A program made the translations under genes and the position numbers. A DNA stretch of 62,977 nt, filler included, from Thraustochytrium aureum (lineage: Eukaryota): assembly GCA_012862495.1 (NCBI GenBank). It is 7 parts of 4 records of this genome, joined end to end, with 100 filler letters (N's around TTAATTAATTAA, not from the genome) between each part and the next. Parts side by side here need not be neighbours in the genome. Positions count along the whole stretch, not along the records: positions 11,503 to 40,326 come from BLSG01000446.1; 6 more parts are not named here. One strand, given 5' to 3'. Position 1 is the stretch's first letter; each line of letters begins with the position of its first letter. Under the pieces are notes generated by a model. It made no database searches and was not told the origin of the DNA. It saw only the letters and a program-made list of their open reading frames with translations. Shown here in pieces: positions 22,485 to 34,561 of the stretch.

Positions 22485-23146
22485 CGGGCCGCTCTCAATC
22501 TGCATCCAGTTCATGCGACGACGCGCCGACAATTCGAGTACTTTTAGACCCCAAACGAATGTCTCGAGCGTCGCTCGACCACCGCCCTTGTTGCCACCAA
22601 AATGGGCAGCGCCATCGCAGCGCCATCGCAGCAGCAGCTTCCCCGTTGTGTGAGCACCCGCGCAGCCCGACGCACCACAACGGCCGCGCTAAACAGCCAA
22701 ACAAGGCCAGCCGAACAGCGCGGGCGGCGCCCATCCCATCCCAATTCCAATGCCATCTCGAAGGCCTCCATTTCCGTGCAAACGGCCAACACTCCGACTC
22801 GTCGCGCAGTCTCCCTCGCCTTCTCCCTCGATAAACCCTCTTGCGCGCCCGTCACACCGTCTCCGTCAACATCCGCGCGCCCTCGCACATTCCACCTCTC
22901 GTGCACTAAGCCCTGCCTCGCACATTCGCAGCGCACTCGCGTGCACCTCGTACAGAACAGCGCGCTATCGAGGGCGTGCAGCAGGAGGCGAACAGGCGCG
23001 AGGAGAGCGGCGCGAGCGCGACGCGCAGGCGGGCAGACCCCGAACGAGGCGGCGAGCGCGCGCTGTGCAAGGCGGTGCTCGGGTTGCGAGGGCGTAGAGC
23101 GAGTGCAGGCCTTCTTTTGTTGTGGCGGGCGCCTCGCGCTGACGCG

Positions 23147-25887
23147 ATGCGCAGGGCGGAGCCGTCGCCGCGGCGGCGCGGCGGCGACGCGAGTGGCCGC
23201 GGCACGGATGCGTACAGCAACGTGGCGACGCCGCTGTCGGAGAAGAGCGACGAGTACAGGCGCGTGCTGTATTTGCTGCAGATGAGCACGCGTAGTGTTG
23301 CGCTCAGTGATGTCTGCGTGTGGCACTTTGGGAACGCGCAGCAGGCGGTCAAGTTCGAGCGCCGCACGAGGGGCATGCAGTCGCTGCCGGCCTGGACGAG
23401 CACGCGGCGGCTTGGGGAAGAAAACTCGCTGGAGAGCCTGCACCACAAGGGCTTTGCCTTCCCGAGCAGCGGCGAGGGTCTCACTTTCAGCTGCGGCGAT
23501 CTGGACATTGACCCGAACGAGGGGACCGCGCATCGGTTTCTGCTGTGCCAGGTCGGCGTGGGGCGCGCCTTTGTGGTGGACGACCCCAGCGAGCAGACCT
23601 CGCTGCCCGAAGGCTACGACTCGCTCTACCTGGCGTTGAGCACATCCATAGACGCGCAGGACAGCGGCGAGGCCGGGTTTGGGTACCGCCACGACTTTAC
23701 GTTGATGGACCCGAACCAGGTGCTCCCGATGTACTTGGTGCAGTTCTTCATCGATGCGGACGGACGCAACTCGGAGGCAGACTTTGGCGCCGCCAACCGA
23801 GCCGACGACTTTGCGCCGACGACGCTAGACAAGCTCTACGACAGGTTCGACTTTTTCGATCCGGTGCTCTACACCCCGGTTAGCGTCCGTGACAAGATGG
23901 TGGGGTCGCACTCAACCGGGGAGCTGGCCCAGCACAAGCTCATCGCGATCGGCGACGCATACGAGTCCGCCGTCGGCGAGTCGATGAAGGTGGACCCCAT
24001 CGTCGCCTCGCGGCAGGAGGAGATCCGCTCGCAGCTGCGCGCGATCGACACCAAGCTGCGCGACGTCAACCGCAACTCGGCAGCTGTCGAGGAGAAGATC
24101 TACAAGACGCTCCAGGAGGCTCTGTTCCGCCTGCAGGACATCACGCAAGCCAAGATGAGCGCGCTCCTCTCCGAGGAGGTCGAGCTGCGTCGCCNNNNNN
24201 NNNNNNNNNNNNNNNNNNNNNNNNNNNNNNNNNNNNNNNNNNNNNNNNNNNNNNNNNNNNNNNNNNNNNNNNNNNNNNNNNNNNNNNNNNNNNNNNNNNN
24301 NNNNNNNNNNNNNNNNNNNNNNNNNNNNNNNNNNNNNNNNNNNNNNNNNNNNNNNNNNNGAAGTGCCACGTGCAGCTACGAGCCGACGCGGTGCGCGTCC
24401 CGCTCCGCACGCCCGCGGTACTGAGCAACATCCCCGCGGACCTCGACCTAGTTGGCGGGGTGCAGATCGTCGCCCGCTCGCAGGTGCGCGCGCAGGCGGC
24501 TGCGGCTGCCGCTGCCGCAAACGGGCAACAGGCGCGGCAGCCAACCCAAAACAGCGCAGAGGCGGCAGACGTGCTCTGGGAGAGCCAGGAACCCGCCGAA
24601 ACAACGCGGCCCGCGCCAGAGGGGCAGAGCAGAACGCAGAACGAGGCGGCGCCGCGCGGCACGCCTCAAACGCGGCCTCCGCTCGTGGCGCCCGCGCAAG
24701 CCAAACTGCAGCCCTCTCAGCCGCAAATGGCGCGTCCTCCGGCGCTCGAGAGCGAGATCATGCTCCGCAGCTTGTTCAGCCAGATGTCGACCGCCTCCAC
24801 GGCTTCTTCGGCCGCGGCGCCATCGAGGCCGATATCGCTGCGTGCAGAGCTGGGTCTGTCCAGCTTGGTTGACGAGCCAGTCGAGGGCGACGGCGTCGTT
24901 TCTGTCGTCCGCGCGCCGCCAGTGCCCGAGTCCTTGTCGCTGCAGATCATGTCCAGGCGAACCCCAGCGCGGTTTGCGCAATTTTCTCTCAAAGCGGAAG
25001 CTGTCCGGCGCCTGCGTCAGATGAAAATTGAAGCGCAAGCGTCTCTAAATCTCGCGCTGGAGGCCTTCAAGGACTCCATCATCCTTGGGCACCCAAACGA
25101 GGAGCAGGAGCTTTTGCGCATCTCGCAGGAGAAGCAAGAGTCGGATTCGGAGGAGGAGGAGGGCGACGAAGCAGATGCCGCAGACCGCGCAGAGCGGAGG
25201 CTGGCCTTGGAAGCCGCGCGGCGTATCCCCAAAGTGTTCTGCGATGCCTATGCGTTGCTCCTCTCTCTGCCCTTTGGGCGGGGCTCGACGATGCCCCCAA
25301 AGACGCAGCTTCTCTACGCGACGTGGCGGCCAGGGACGGGCAAGTCTGTCAGCGAGATCATAAACGCTATGCCGCGCGAGCAGATCGAGTTTGAAGAGGA
25401 GGAGGAGACGGGACGGGACGAGCCTATGTTCAGGCTCAACGATATCGCTACTGTGCTGGTTATTCGCAGTGGGGATCGGGTGTTTGGAGGCTTTGCTGAC
25501 CAGCCGTGGCGCAGCGACGGCCAGACCTTTGGGTCGTCCAAGTCTTTCCTTTTCTCGATCTCGCTGGATATCAAGGTGCCGTTCCAAGGGCGCAAGACCT
25601 TGGACCCGCCGCCGCGGGATGAGCCGTCGGACGAGATTAGCGACTCGGGCTTTCCCGACGACCACCCGTCCTACGCCGTGCTCCAATCGGACGAGTCGGT
25701 CATGCAGTTTGGCGTCCGAGACCTGGTTTTGCGCGACGACCTCTCGAGCTGCTCAAGCCAGCTTGAGTTTACGTTCGGAGTGGGACTTGCACCCGGGAGC
25801 GAGGAGGCAAACACGCTTCTGGCTGGGTCGGCCGCGTTCAAGGTAGACGAGCTAGAGCTCTGGGAGATCGACTACTTGTCTCGCTAA
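23147..25887 (+). CDS. Protein with PARP/ART-like domain, coiled coil and C-terminal TLDc domain (gap 24195-24359)
   Basis: FLLCQVGVGR..LPEGYDSLY..DPNQVLPMYLVQF (PARP-like C-terminal motif); coiled coil ~24000-24190; TLDc TVLVIRSGDRVFGGFADQPW, SFLFSI, LAGSAAFKVDELELWEI. An upstream exon is possible. Confidence 0.75.
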
Positions 25888-26054
25888 CACTGGGACAGCT
25901 TAGCTCGCGGCATGCAGGCTGGTGGGTCAACGAACGAATACAAGAGCGTTTCTTAGTCCTGCCCTCGCCCCGCTAAAGACATGCTTGCGAGACAATACGA
26001 CGACGAAAGGCGAACGCGCCCTCTGCTTGCCCTTGGCCTTTGCTTGATCAAGAG

Positions 26055-27435
26055 CTACTTGGCTGGGGCGCCGCACGCTTGGAGGCGCTCAGCAAACAAC
26101 TTGGCAGCGTGCTCGTAGAGCGCGTCGTCCAGGCGGCAGAGGTCGGCGAGCCTGTCCTTGGCCTCCTGGCTCTTCACCGCCTGTTGCTTGCCCACGGCCG
26201 CCTTGATGTGCGGAAGCTCCCTCTTCGAGGCGCCCTCCATGTAGGTCGGAAGCAGGCGCTCCAGGAACGCGATTGCGGCTGGAAGCTCCTCCAGGAGGCC
26301 GACGAAAAGCATCTTGTCAACAACGGACTTTGCCTTGGCAAGCGCCTTGTCCCCGATCGGCCGCTGGCAGTCGGCGTCGAGCCCGCAAAAGAACTCGGTC
26401 TGCAGCGAGCACCAGCGCCTCAGCTCGTTTTGCTCAACGCAAGAGTCGTCAAGCACGCACTCCTCGAACGTCTTGTTGCCGCGACTTGCCACGAACGCCT
26501 CGCGCCACATCGGGTTTCGCGCTTGCGTACGGTCGTAGACGTACATCGAGCGAAGGCGGTCTTGAGGGCGGCGCACGATCGAAATCTCCTCGAAGCGGGC
26601 GAACTCCTCTTCGCTGGGCGGCAGCACGTTGAGGCCGGGCGGGCCAAGCAGCGCGCGCTTCGTCGCAGGCGTCGCGTCCAGCTTGTCGAGAACGTTGGCC
26701 GCGAGGGCCACGGCACCCTTGGGGGTGACAAACGCGTGAGCATGCTCCCACTCCAGGTGGAAGATGTGGCCTTCAACGAACGTCCTGTTCGTGCCCTTCC
26801 AGGGCGGCAGAGCCACGCGCCTCGCAACATCTCTGAAAAACTCAAGCCTCCGCGAGATGTCGATCTGGCTGTCGTCGCCTCTGTACCCTTGTGAGGCGCC
26901 GCCAGAAAGCTGCGGCACGGCTGCTTCCCACTCCGGCAGGGAAACGTAGGCGAACGACTTGTTTCGCGCGCCGAGCCCCACGACGCGCGACAGGGAGGAG
27001 GACCCCGTCTTGGGGATGCGGACATACACGAGCCGGTCAGGGTCCCAAGGGCCGCAACTGCGATCCAGGTCGGCGTGGTCCACCGCGCACACGCCTTGGC
27101 AGGGGGGCNNNNNNNNNNNNNNNNNNNNNNNNNNNNNNNNNNNNNNNNNNNNNNNNNNNNNNNNNNNNNNNNNNNNNNNNNNNNNNNNNNNNNNNNNNNN
27201 NNNNNNNNNNNNNNNNNNNNNNNNNNNNNNNNNNNNNNNNNNNNNNNNNNNNNNNNNNNNNNNNNNNNNNNNNNNNNNNNNNNNNNNNNNNNNNNNNNNN
27301 NNNNNNNNNNNNNNNNNNNNNNNNNNNNNNNNNNNNNNNNNNNNNNNNNNNNNNNNNNNNNNNNNNNNNNNNNNNNNNNNNNNNGCTCGGCGTCTCACTG
27401 CGCCCCGCCGCGCTCGCCTCCTTCTCCTCGGCCAT
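26055..27435 (-). CDS. Heparan-sulfate 2-O-/uronyl sulfotransferase-like protein
   Basis: 5'-PSB VYVRIPKTGSSSL, 3'-PB IVRRPQDRLRSMYVY, QTEFFCG, FVGLLEEL. Start MAEEKEA at 27435 is inferred across gap 27109-27384. Confidence 0.8.
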
Positions 27436-27465
27436 CGCGCTCGCTCCGGCGCCCCGTGCGTTGGT

Positions 27466-27495
27466 GCAGCCAGCAGCAGCAGCAGCAGCAGCAGC
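27466..27495 (+). repeat. (CAG)n microsatellite
   Basis: cagcagcagcagcagcagcagcagc run upstream of the sulfotransferase start. Confidence 0.85.
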
Positions 27496-28162
27496 TCAGG
27501 TTTCGCGCGCGCCGCAGCCACGAGGCGCCGGTCCGCAGCCGTCCTTGGCCGAGGCACGTCGGCGAGCGCGCCCAGCAAACGAGCTCTGCCAGCCGTCCAC
27601 GAACCCGCCCGGCGCCGCGCCAGCCGCGTGCAACCCAACTCGTCGCCTCGCGGTCGATTCGATCCGGTCTGTTGCATCGCGCGCCGTCAAGGCACACCAA
27701 GGGCAGGAACTACAGAGTGTTCTGCTGCACTTGGGGGTACTCCTGGCCGCCCCAAGTGGGGTGTCCTCGGGTACACTTTGGCCTGTCCTGGGCGCCCGAT
27801 CGCACTTCGCCCGCGGACGCGCTCGGGCCGTCGCGGCCGCGGCAGACGGCCAAGAGTGCCTGCGCGCGACACCGCGCACGCTGTTCGTCGTCGTCGTCGT
27901 CGTCGTCGGGGTCGAGGGCGGCCGCGCTCGTGCGGGGTTTGGCATCAGGGCGTCGGTGTGGTCGGCGAGGATTTGGCTGCCTTGTGCATCGTAGGAGGAA
28001 CAGGGGATGGAGGATGGATGCGATGCGCGAATTCGTCGAGCGCGAGTCGGGCCTCCGGCAGACACCGATCGGCGCGCTGTCGAGGAAGCTGTGGCGCGTT
28101 GAGCCGGCGTTTTCGAGTTTGGGGAAGGGCGTTGGCTTGACGCTGGGCTGGCGGTGCGGACG

Positions 28163-28693
28163 ATGGCGGCCTCGATTGCTCATGTCGGCGTTGTCGGCGC
28201 GGTGAACACGCTGCTGGCCGTGCTCGGCGTGTTTGGCGTGTGGTACCGGCTGGACGCGTCGCTGTGGAAGGCGAAGATCAAGGTCAAGGTCACGCTGTGG
28301 GAGGACTGGTGGGACACCGCGGCCGACATTCTGGCCGAGTTTGGAAATGACGAGTACGGGTCGACGCTCACGACGGCGCGCGTCTGCACGGTCGGCGCGC
28401 TCGTGGCGACGAGCATCGGGCTCGCGTTGACCCTGTTGGAGGCCGCGAAGATCCTGGCGGCGCGCAAACTCGTCGGAGCAAGCCACGCGCTGGCTTGCGT
28501 TTTCGCGCTGGTGGGCGTCAGCGTCTGGGGCGCCGAGATGCCGTGGCGGAACGATACGCTGCAGTACGGGTACGGCTTCTTCGCCGAGGTTTTCCTTGTA
28601 CCTCTTGCGGCGCTGTGCGCCGGCCTTGGCGCACGGCACTCGCGGGCGGGCGACATTCCAGTTGCCAACGTCGCGTACGTGCGCCTCGACTAG
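28163..28693 (+). CDS. Small four-TM membrane protein (claudin/amastin-like topology)
   Basis: Four hydrophobic segments, W after TM1 and an LW motif in loop 1, YGYGFF before TM4; GC3-rich codons. Confidence 0.65.
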   Translation: MAASIAHVGVVGAVNTLLAVLGVFGVWYRLDASLWKAKIKVKVTLWEDWWDTAADILAEFGNDEYGSTLTTARVCTVGALVATSIGLALTLLEAAKILAARKLVGASHALACVFALVGVSVWGAEMPWRNDTLQYGYGFFAEVFLVPLAALCAGLGARHSRAGDIPVANVAYVRLD

Positions 28694-28922
28694 CTTTGCA
28701 GCGCGCCAGCAGCCCGCGCTGCTTGCCTGCGCTTCGACGAGCTCGGGCCCGCGGGAGCGCCCGCGCACAGCTCGCTGCAGACAGCGCGGGGGCGGCGAGC
28801 GGTGGCAACAATAAATCAGATTAATCCAAAAAACTCGTACCTACAGGCGACCGGCTGTTTCGTTCGTTGCGGGCGCTTCCCTTCTCCGCAAACAAGCGAG
28901 CTGCTCCCTCGCAACGGCTGGC

Positions 28923-30085
28923 CTAGCGGCAGGCGAAGAGCACTGGCGTGGCCTCGCTAGGCCCGGCTGTCGGGGAGCGCACGATGCTGCCGCACAAAGC
29001 GCGGTTTTGCAACGTCTTGAAAAAGGCGAGGACCTCGTCCACGGCGACCTCGTGCTCGAAATCGAGGTCGAACGAGGAAAACACGCGCGAGAAGAGCTTG
29101 TTGTTTGATGTCAGCCCGGTCGTGCGCATCGCCGTGATAAAGCCCGAGCGATCGATCAGGGACGACCCGCCCGAGGCGTTCAATAGCTGTTTGTGGAGAC
29201 GCGGGACAGAAAACGAGCGGATGCGCGGGAGCAACGAGAGCTCGTGCGCAACCTCCTCGCGGCTCGCCTCGCGCAACTCCCGCTCGCGCTCTGGGCGGTC
29301 CAGCTCAAGCAGGAGGAGGTCCTGGCTAAGCTGATTTTGGATCGCGACCGTGCTCTCGCGCAGCATCATGAAAGTGCGCTCCGCCTTTGGCCTCACTTGG
29401 CCGCTCACGATGCATGGCTTTTCCGTGCAAGCGATGACACGCTCTTTGCGTTTGTCGCGCTTTTCGCGCTCGGCGCACCTTTGGCAGATCCCGGTGGTCT
29501 TGTCCACCGACTTGGGTCTCAGTACGTGCTCTGGGCCGCGGGATGGGACGTGGGCAGACTTTGGTCGGGGGCGCGTCCCTCTCTCATGGCTGTCGAAAGT
29601 CACGCATGGGGTCTCCCAAGCGCCGTATCGCCAAGCCGCTGTCGTCTCGCTGGCCATTCGGGAAGTCGCCGCGCGACCAGGCGGCCTCTTGCGCGATACA
29701 TTCGCCGGCTTCCCGCTGCGCCTTGCCAGGACCTGCCAGAGAAGGGCCGGGCCGCGGCCAGGGTCGGCTCGAGCAGCGAAGGCATGGTTTTGCCATGCTG
29801 GCCTTTGGGCGACGTTTTCATCGTCTTGAGCAGGTTTCGGCTCGACGGGTTGATGTTGTAGAGAAGCGACGCCCTCTCCAGGCGCTGGAACTTGTCAAGG
29901 TTTTTCTGCCGCTGCTGCTCGCGTTCCTTGATTGTGTTGTGCACTTGGCGTTCCAAAACCTCTTCGAAGAAGTTGGACTTGGGCTTTCGTTGGCCCGGCA
30001 CTTGGGCTGCTGCGCGACTCCTTTGCCGCTTGTTCCCATAGTCGAAGCCGAGTTGCGAGGCGAGCGACCCAGCCGCGCGCCCCAT
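28923..30085 (-). CDS. Hypothetical protein with C-terminal EF-hand pair (frameshift ~29750)
   Basis: MGRAAGSL... coiled segment in ORF 29600-30262 continues into ORF 28923-29657 with LIDRSGFITAM and VFSSFDLDFEHEVAVDEV. Confidence 0.55.
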
Positions 30086-31619
30086 ATTTCCCAGCGCCTC
30101 GGTCCGCTTGCCCTTGGCGCGTCCAGATCGCGTCTCACGGCAGCTTCCCAGCGCGCAGCAGCACCCGCGGTGTGTCCTGCCAGCCCGTGGCCCGGCCACG
30201 GCGCTCAGCCCTTGCCGCGTGTGCCTGCCTGGCGTTTTGGTGCAATGGTCGCTGCAAACCAATGTTGCATTTGCAGACTGGAGTCGTCTGTTGGGCGCGG
30301 AGTTGCTCTCCGCGACAGTGTGAGTAATTACTCTTTATCTGCGGATGTTTCCGTAATACAGGCTCATTTACACTTTCACGGATTATTCCGTTGTTTTCCT
30401 GTAGATCCGTGATGGACGCTTTGGCGTTTGGGTCGCCGTTTTCTTCGAATCAGCGAGCGAGCGATGTGGATACGCGTCGTCGAGTGGACGGATCGATCCG
30501 ATCGGTGGCGGCGAGGAAGACCCGACCCCAACGCAGGCAGCGTTCGAGCAGGAGAAAAGAATGCTGGTACTCCGAGTCACTCGACGTTGGTGGAACGTAC
30601 TCCAGTTTGGCCCTCGCGTCTCACTTGCTCGGCTGGGGTGGCCGTCGGTTGGCGCTGCCGTTGCCTCCTCTTCTGAAGGGGAGAGATCCGAACGAGCGCA
30701 AGGAGGCCTACTCTACCACTCGAGTACTCGTTGGGCTACAAGTGAGTAAGTAGTACTTCTCTCGTACGGCAGACTACTGGAGGCCGATCATCATGACGAC
30801 GAGTGGGCCCACCCACGTATCCACAGGGACTCGCCACTCAGCAGAACAGCTCGAGCTACTGGAGCGACTCTGCCTTGGCAAAACTCTGCGCTCGCCCTCT
30901 TGCACAGCGACCAACAAACGTGCCTGGTCAGGTCGGAGTGCAGGCCCGTTGCGCGCATTCAATGCTCCCATCGGTTGTCAGCCCTACCTCAACATCCACG
31001 TCAACGTCAAAGCGCAAGGGCTTGGACGCGAGGGCTCGCGCCAGGGCATCTCGCAAGCGCAGGCGCACAATCGTGCCGCGCGACTGGACCGCGCTCGACG
31101 AACACCGAGCCCGTGCCGGCTGCAGGACGCTGGGAGCTCGCCCGAGGTCGCGTTCGGAATCAAAAAGCGGCTACTTGCTGTGCCACGCTCCCTCTCCTTC
31201 GCCACAACCAGTCCGCAATCTCGCCCCCACGAGGCGGCCGGCGACACAGACGGCCCTGTGCGGGAGCGCGAAGGCGGCTGCCAAGGGCGCGAGAGCGCAG
31301 GTCGCGGCAGTGTCGGCAGGTCAGGCAGTAGCGCAGGCGGTGGGGAAGCGGGCGCGCGCCCACCAATCACCACACTTTCCCCGCACGTTGGTGTGCACGC
31401 AAGCCTCGACCAAATCTGCTTGAAGACGGCGGCCGAGCAGGTCGCGACCGCCCCCGGCCTTGGATTGAGGCCCTACAGGACAGAGACCAGCGCCACAGCA
31501 GGCTAGGAAGAGGTTGGCGACCCAGCTCTAGAGCGAGCGAGCGCGACCGAGCAGAACTCCGCCACACGCGGCAGCACGCAGCAGCGAAGGAACGCGAAAG
31601 CGCGCGAGGCCCAGGGAAA

Positions 31620-32963
31620 ATGAGCAGCACGTCGCTGCGCATCCTGACGTTTAACGTTTGGGACATTCCTGTTGCGCAACACCGCGCCAAGCGAATCGAA
31701 GGGCTCGTCCGAGTGCTCCGCGAGAACAAGGACCAGGTGGACGTCGTGGGGTTGCTCGAGTGCTGGCTCGAGAGCGACCGCAACCAGCTGATCGCGGCCG
31801 GGAAAGAAAGTGGGCTGGGCCACCACGTGTTTTTTCGAACGGATGCGGGTTTCCCGGCGGGGACTCGTCCGGACTTGTTGTCCTGAGCCGGTGGCCCATC
31901 GAGAACTGCTTTTACCACAGGTTCACTGCGGCGGGCAAGGCGCAGAAGATCTTGCACTGGGACTACAGCATGTACAGCGGCAAGGGAATCGGCGTGGCGC
32001 ACATCAGCGGCCCCCCCGAGGTGGGAAGATCGACTTCTTCATCAGCCACTTTGTGGCCTACTACACGCCCAAGCCCGAAGACCCGCAGTTTGACGAGTAC
32101 GTGTACCACCGGCGGCTCGGGGCCTGGGAGGCGGCCCAGTTCATTCGCGCCACGGCGCGCGAGGACAGCTTTGTGGCCTGCTGCGTAGACCTGAACGCCG
32201 ACCCGACCACGCTGACGTACCGCTGCCTGGTTGGCATGAGCGGGCTTCGTGACGCCTGGGTCGAGTCGGGCCGCGCGCGCAAGGGCGCGCTCCCGGACGC
32301 TCTGAACGAGGTGGAAGCCCAGGGCCTGACGGTGAACTACNNNNNNNNNNNNNNNNNNNNNNNNNNNNNNNNNNNNNNNNNNNNNNNNNNNNNNNNNNNN
32401 NNNNNNNNNNNNNNNNNNNNNNNNNNNNNNNNNNNNNNNNNNNNNNNNNNNNNNNNNNNNNNNNNNNNNNNNNNNNNNNNGAGGACGCCGACTCGATCGT
32501 GTCGCTGAGCGATCACTCGGCCGTGCTCGCCTCGTTTCGCGTCAGCTTGACCGAGCAGCCCAAGGCAGTCGATACCAAGGAGGACTCTGGTCGAGCGGCT
32601 CGCTCGCCGCTGGCCAAGCTGGACTGCCGCGACACTATGCTGAGCGAGATGGCCCGGTCGGCCGAGGCGGGCATCGCCTCCGCGCTGGCCCGCCGCCGCA
32701 AGGCGCTCAACAAGTCGTGGGTGTTTGCGCTGATTTCGTTGCTGGCGTTGGCGATCCCTCAGCTCGTGCTTGGCGCAAGCGGCGTGTTGTGGGTGCTCGC
32801 GCAGTTTCTGCTGTGCGGGGGCTTTGCGCTCAGCGCGTACAGCTACTTCATCTTGGCCAACATTACCATCCCGGACGAGGAGAGCGCGATGCTGTTCATG
32901 CTGTCCTCGGTGCGGTTCCAGCAGGGTGCCGTCGAAGAGGGTGTCGCGTCGGACCTCTTTTGA
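31620..32963 (+). CDS. Neutral sphingomyelinase (SMPD2/ISC1-like, EEP family)
   Basis: LRILTFNVWDIP, DVVGLLECW, SGLVVLSRWPI, GKGIG, DLNADP, LRDAW, SLSDHSAVLASF, two C-terminal TMs. Frameshifts at ~31833 and ~32015; gap 32341-32480. Confidence 0.88.
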
Positions 32964-33109
32964 CCGGGGCGCAGGCGAGCGAGGCTTGCGCCCCCAGTGC
33001 CTGGCCTGTTCAGCGCGAGGCCGCGGAAGAGCGAACGATCGACGGGCAATTGCAGACTGACCTTTTAGAGCTTTTAGAGGAGAACGGCAACTCTGCCTTT
33101 GTTGTTTCA

Positions 33110-33206
33110 GTGCGCCAGTCTCGGTCTGGCTTTGTTCTCTAGCTAGCTAGTGCGCCAGTCTCGGCCGGCCTTGTTCTCTAGCTAGCTAGAGGTGCGCCAG
33201 TCTCGG
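33110..33206 (+). repeat. ~41-bp tandem repeat (2.4 copies) ending in CTAGCTAGCTAG
   Basis: gtgcgccagtctcgg...ttgttctctagctagcta repeated between the convergent nSMase and MFS genes. Confidence 0.85.
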
Positions 33207-33234
33207 CGTGGAGACAGACAGAGCACGAGCAGGC

Positions 33235-34561
33235 TCAGCGCTTCTTGGCCACAGAGGGGACGCCAAGAGTCGCGTCGACCGAGCGCAGCCCAGGGCCGCA
33301 GGCCATGGCAAGGGCCATCGCGTAGAAGACTCCGCTCACAAAGCCGCCAACGTACATGTCCCCAAACGCGTTCTCCAAAGTGCCAGTCGGGATGGCGGAC
33401 AGCAGAAGCGGTGCCGCTACGCCGCTCGCTCGCTGGATGCTGTCTTGAACGCCTGTGAGGGACCCCGTGATCCCGGCGGCTCGACCCTTTTCAGCGATGA
33501 GGCTGGTCAGAACAAAGTTGATCGAGGCCGTGCCGAGAGACACGAGCGTATGCACAGCAAAGAGGGCGCGCTGGTCGCTAAGGAACGCTGCAGCAAAGCG
33601 CGAGGCGGCGGTCAGAGCCAAGCCGAATCGCAGCAGAGCAGCCTGGCCGCTCCCAAACGGGCCGAGGCCCTCAGCGGAATCTGCACGCCGAGCGAGGGTC
33701 GGGACGGCGGCTAGAAGCGCTGCCGAGTAGGTGACGCCAAAGTAGCTGACCAGCAGCCCATAGGCGCGCGTGTCCATGGCAAAGCGGTCGCGCGCCGCGA
33801 TGCCGATGCTGGTTAATGTAGGTGAACTGCGCCAAGCAGGCGACCATGTGCACGAGGAGGACGGCGGCCACGGCCGGGTCGCTGCAGCTCGCTGCTACCT
33901 CGCGCCAAGAGACGGCGTGCGCCGGAGCGGCGCCTGCAGAGGCTGCAGCCTGCGCCTGGCTCGGGAACAGGGCAGCAACGGCCACGAGATTGAGGAAAGC
34001 GCAAGCGCCGCCCAGGAGGAAGAGCTGGGGCGCAGCAAGCGCCCCAGAGAGCGCCCCGGCCACTGCGGGGCCGAGGGCAAAGCCGATCCCGAAGACTGCC
34101 CCGAGATGCCGAAGCCGTGGCGCTCGCTCTGCGGCGTCCGCGCAGAGGTCGGTGACCAGCGCGCAGCACAGAGGGAACGTCCGGTCCACCTTGCGCAAGC
34201 GAAGGCTGCCAGCAACAAAGTCAACGCGGCTTGCCCTGGCTCTGCGCCGTCGGTAGCGGCTCCGGCGGCCATCATGAGCGAGCAGACCAACGCAACCAGC
34301 TGCGCGCCGCAAAGAACTGGCTTGCGCCCGACAAGGTCGCTCAGCCAGCCGACGAGGCTGCCGGAAAGCGCTGCGGCCAGGTTGGCGGCCCCCTGCGCCC
34401 AAAGCCAGTGGTTGTCCGAGACGCTGGCTCCGAGAACGCGTGGGAAAAGCGGCAGCGCCAGCGAGTAGACGAGCACGTCCACCAGCGCCACGCCGAGGAC
34501 GTAAACCTCCAGCCACCCCGCCGCGGTGCGGTTCACTGCCTTCGCGGGGCCGCCGTCCATC
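33235..34561 (-). CDS. MFS transporter (TetA/DHA1-like), frameshifted
   Basis: Motif A GWLSDLVGRKPVL, motif C GAVFGIGFALGPAVAG, multiple TMs across ORFs 33895-34617, 33671-34633 and 33235-33777. Confidence 0.8.

Noticed and set aside
33110..33206. Short repeats as a CRISPR array
   Set aside because: Tandem units without unique spacers, no cas genes, eukaryotic context.
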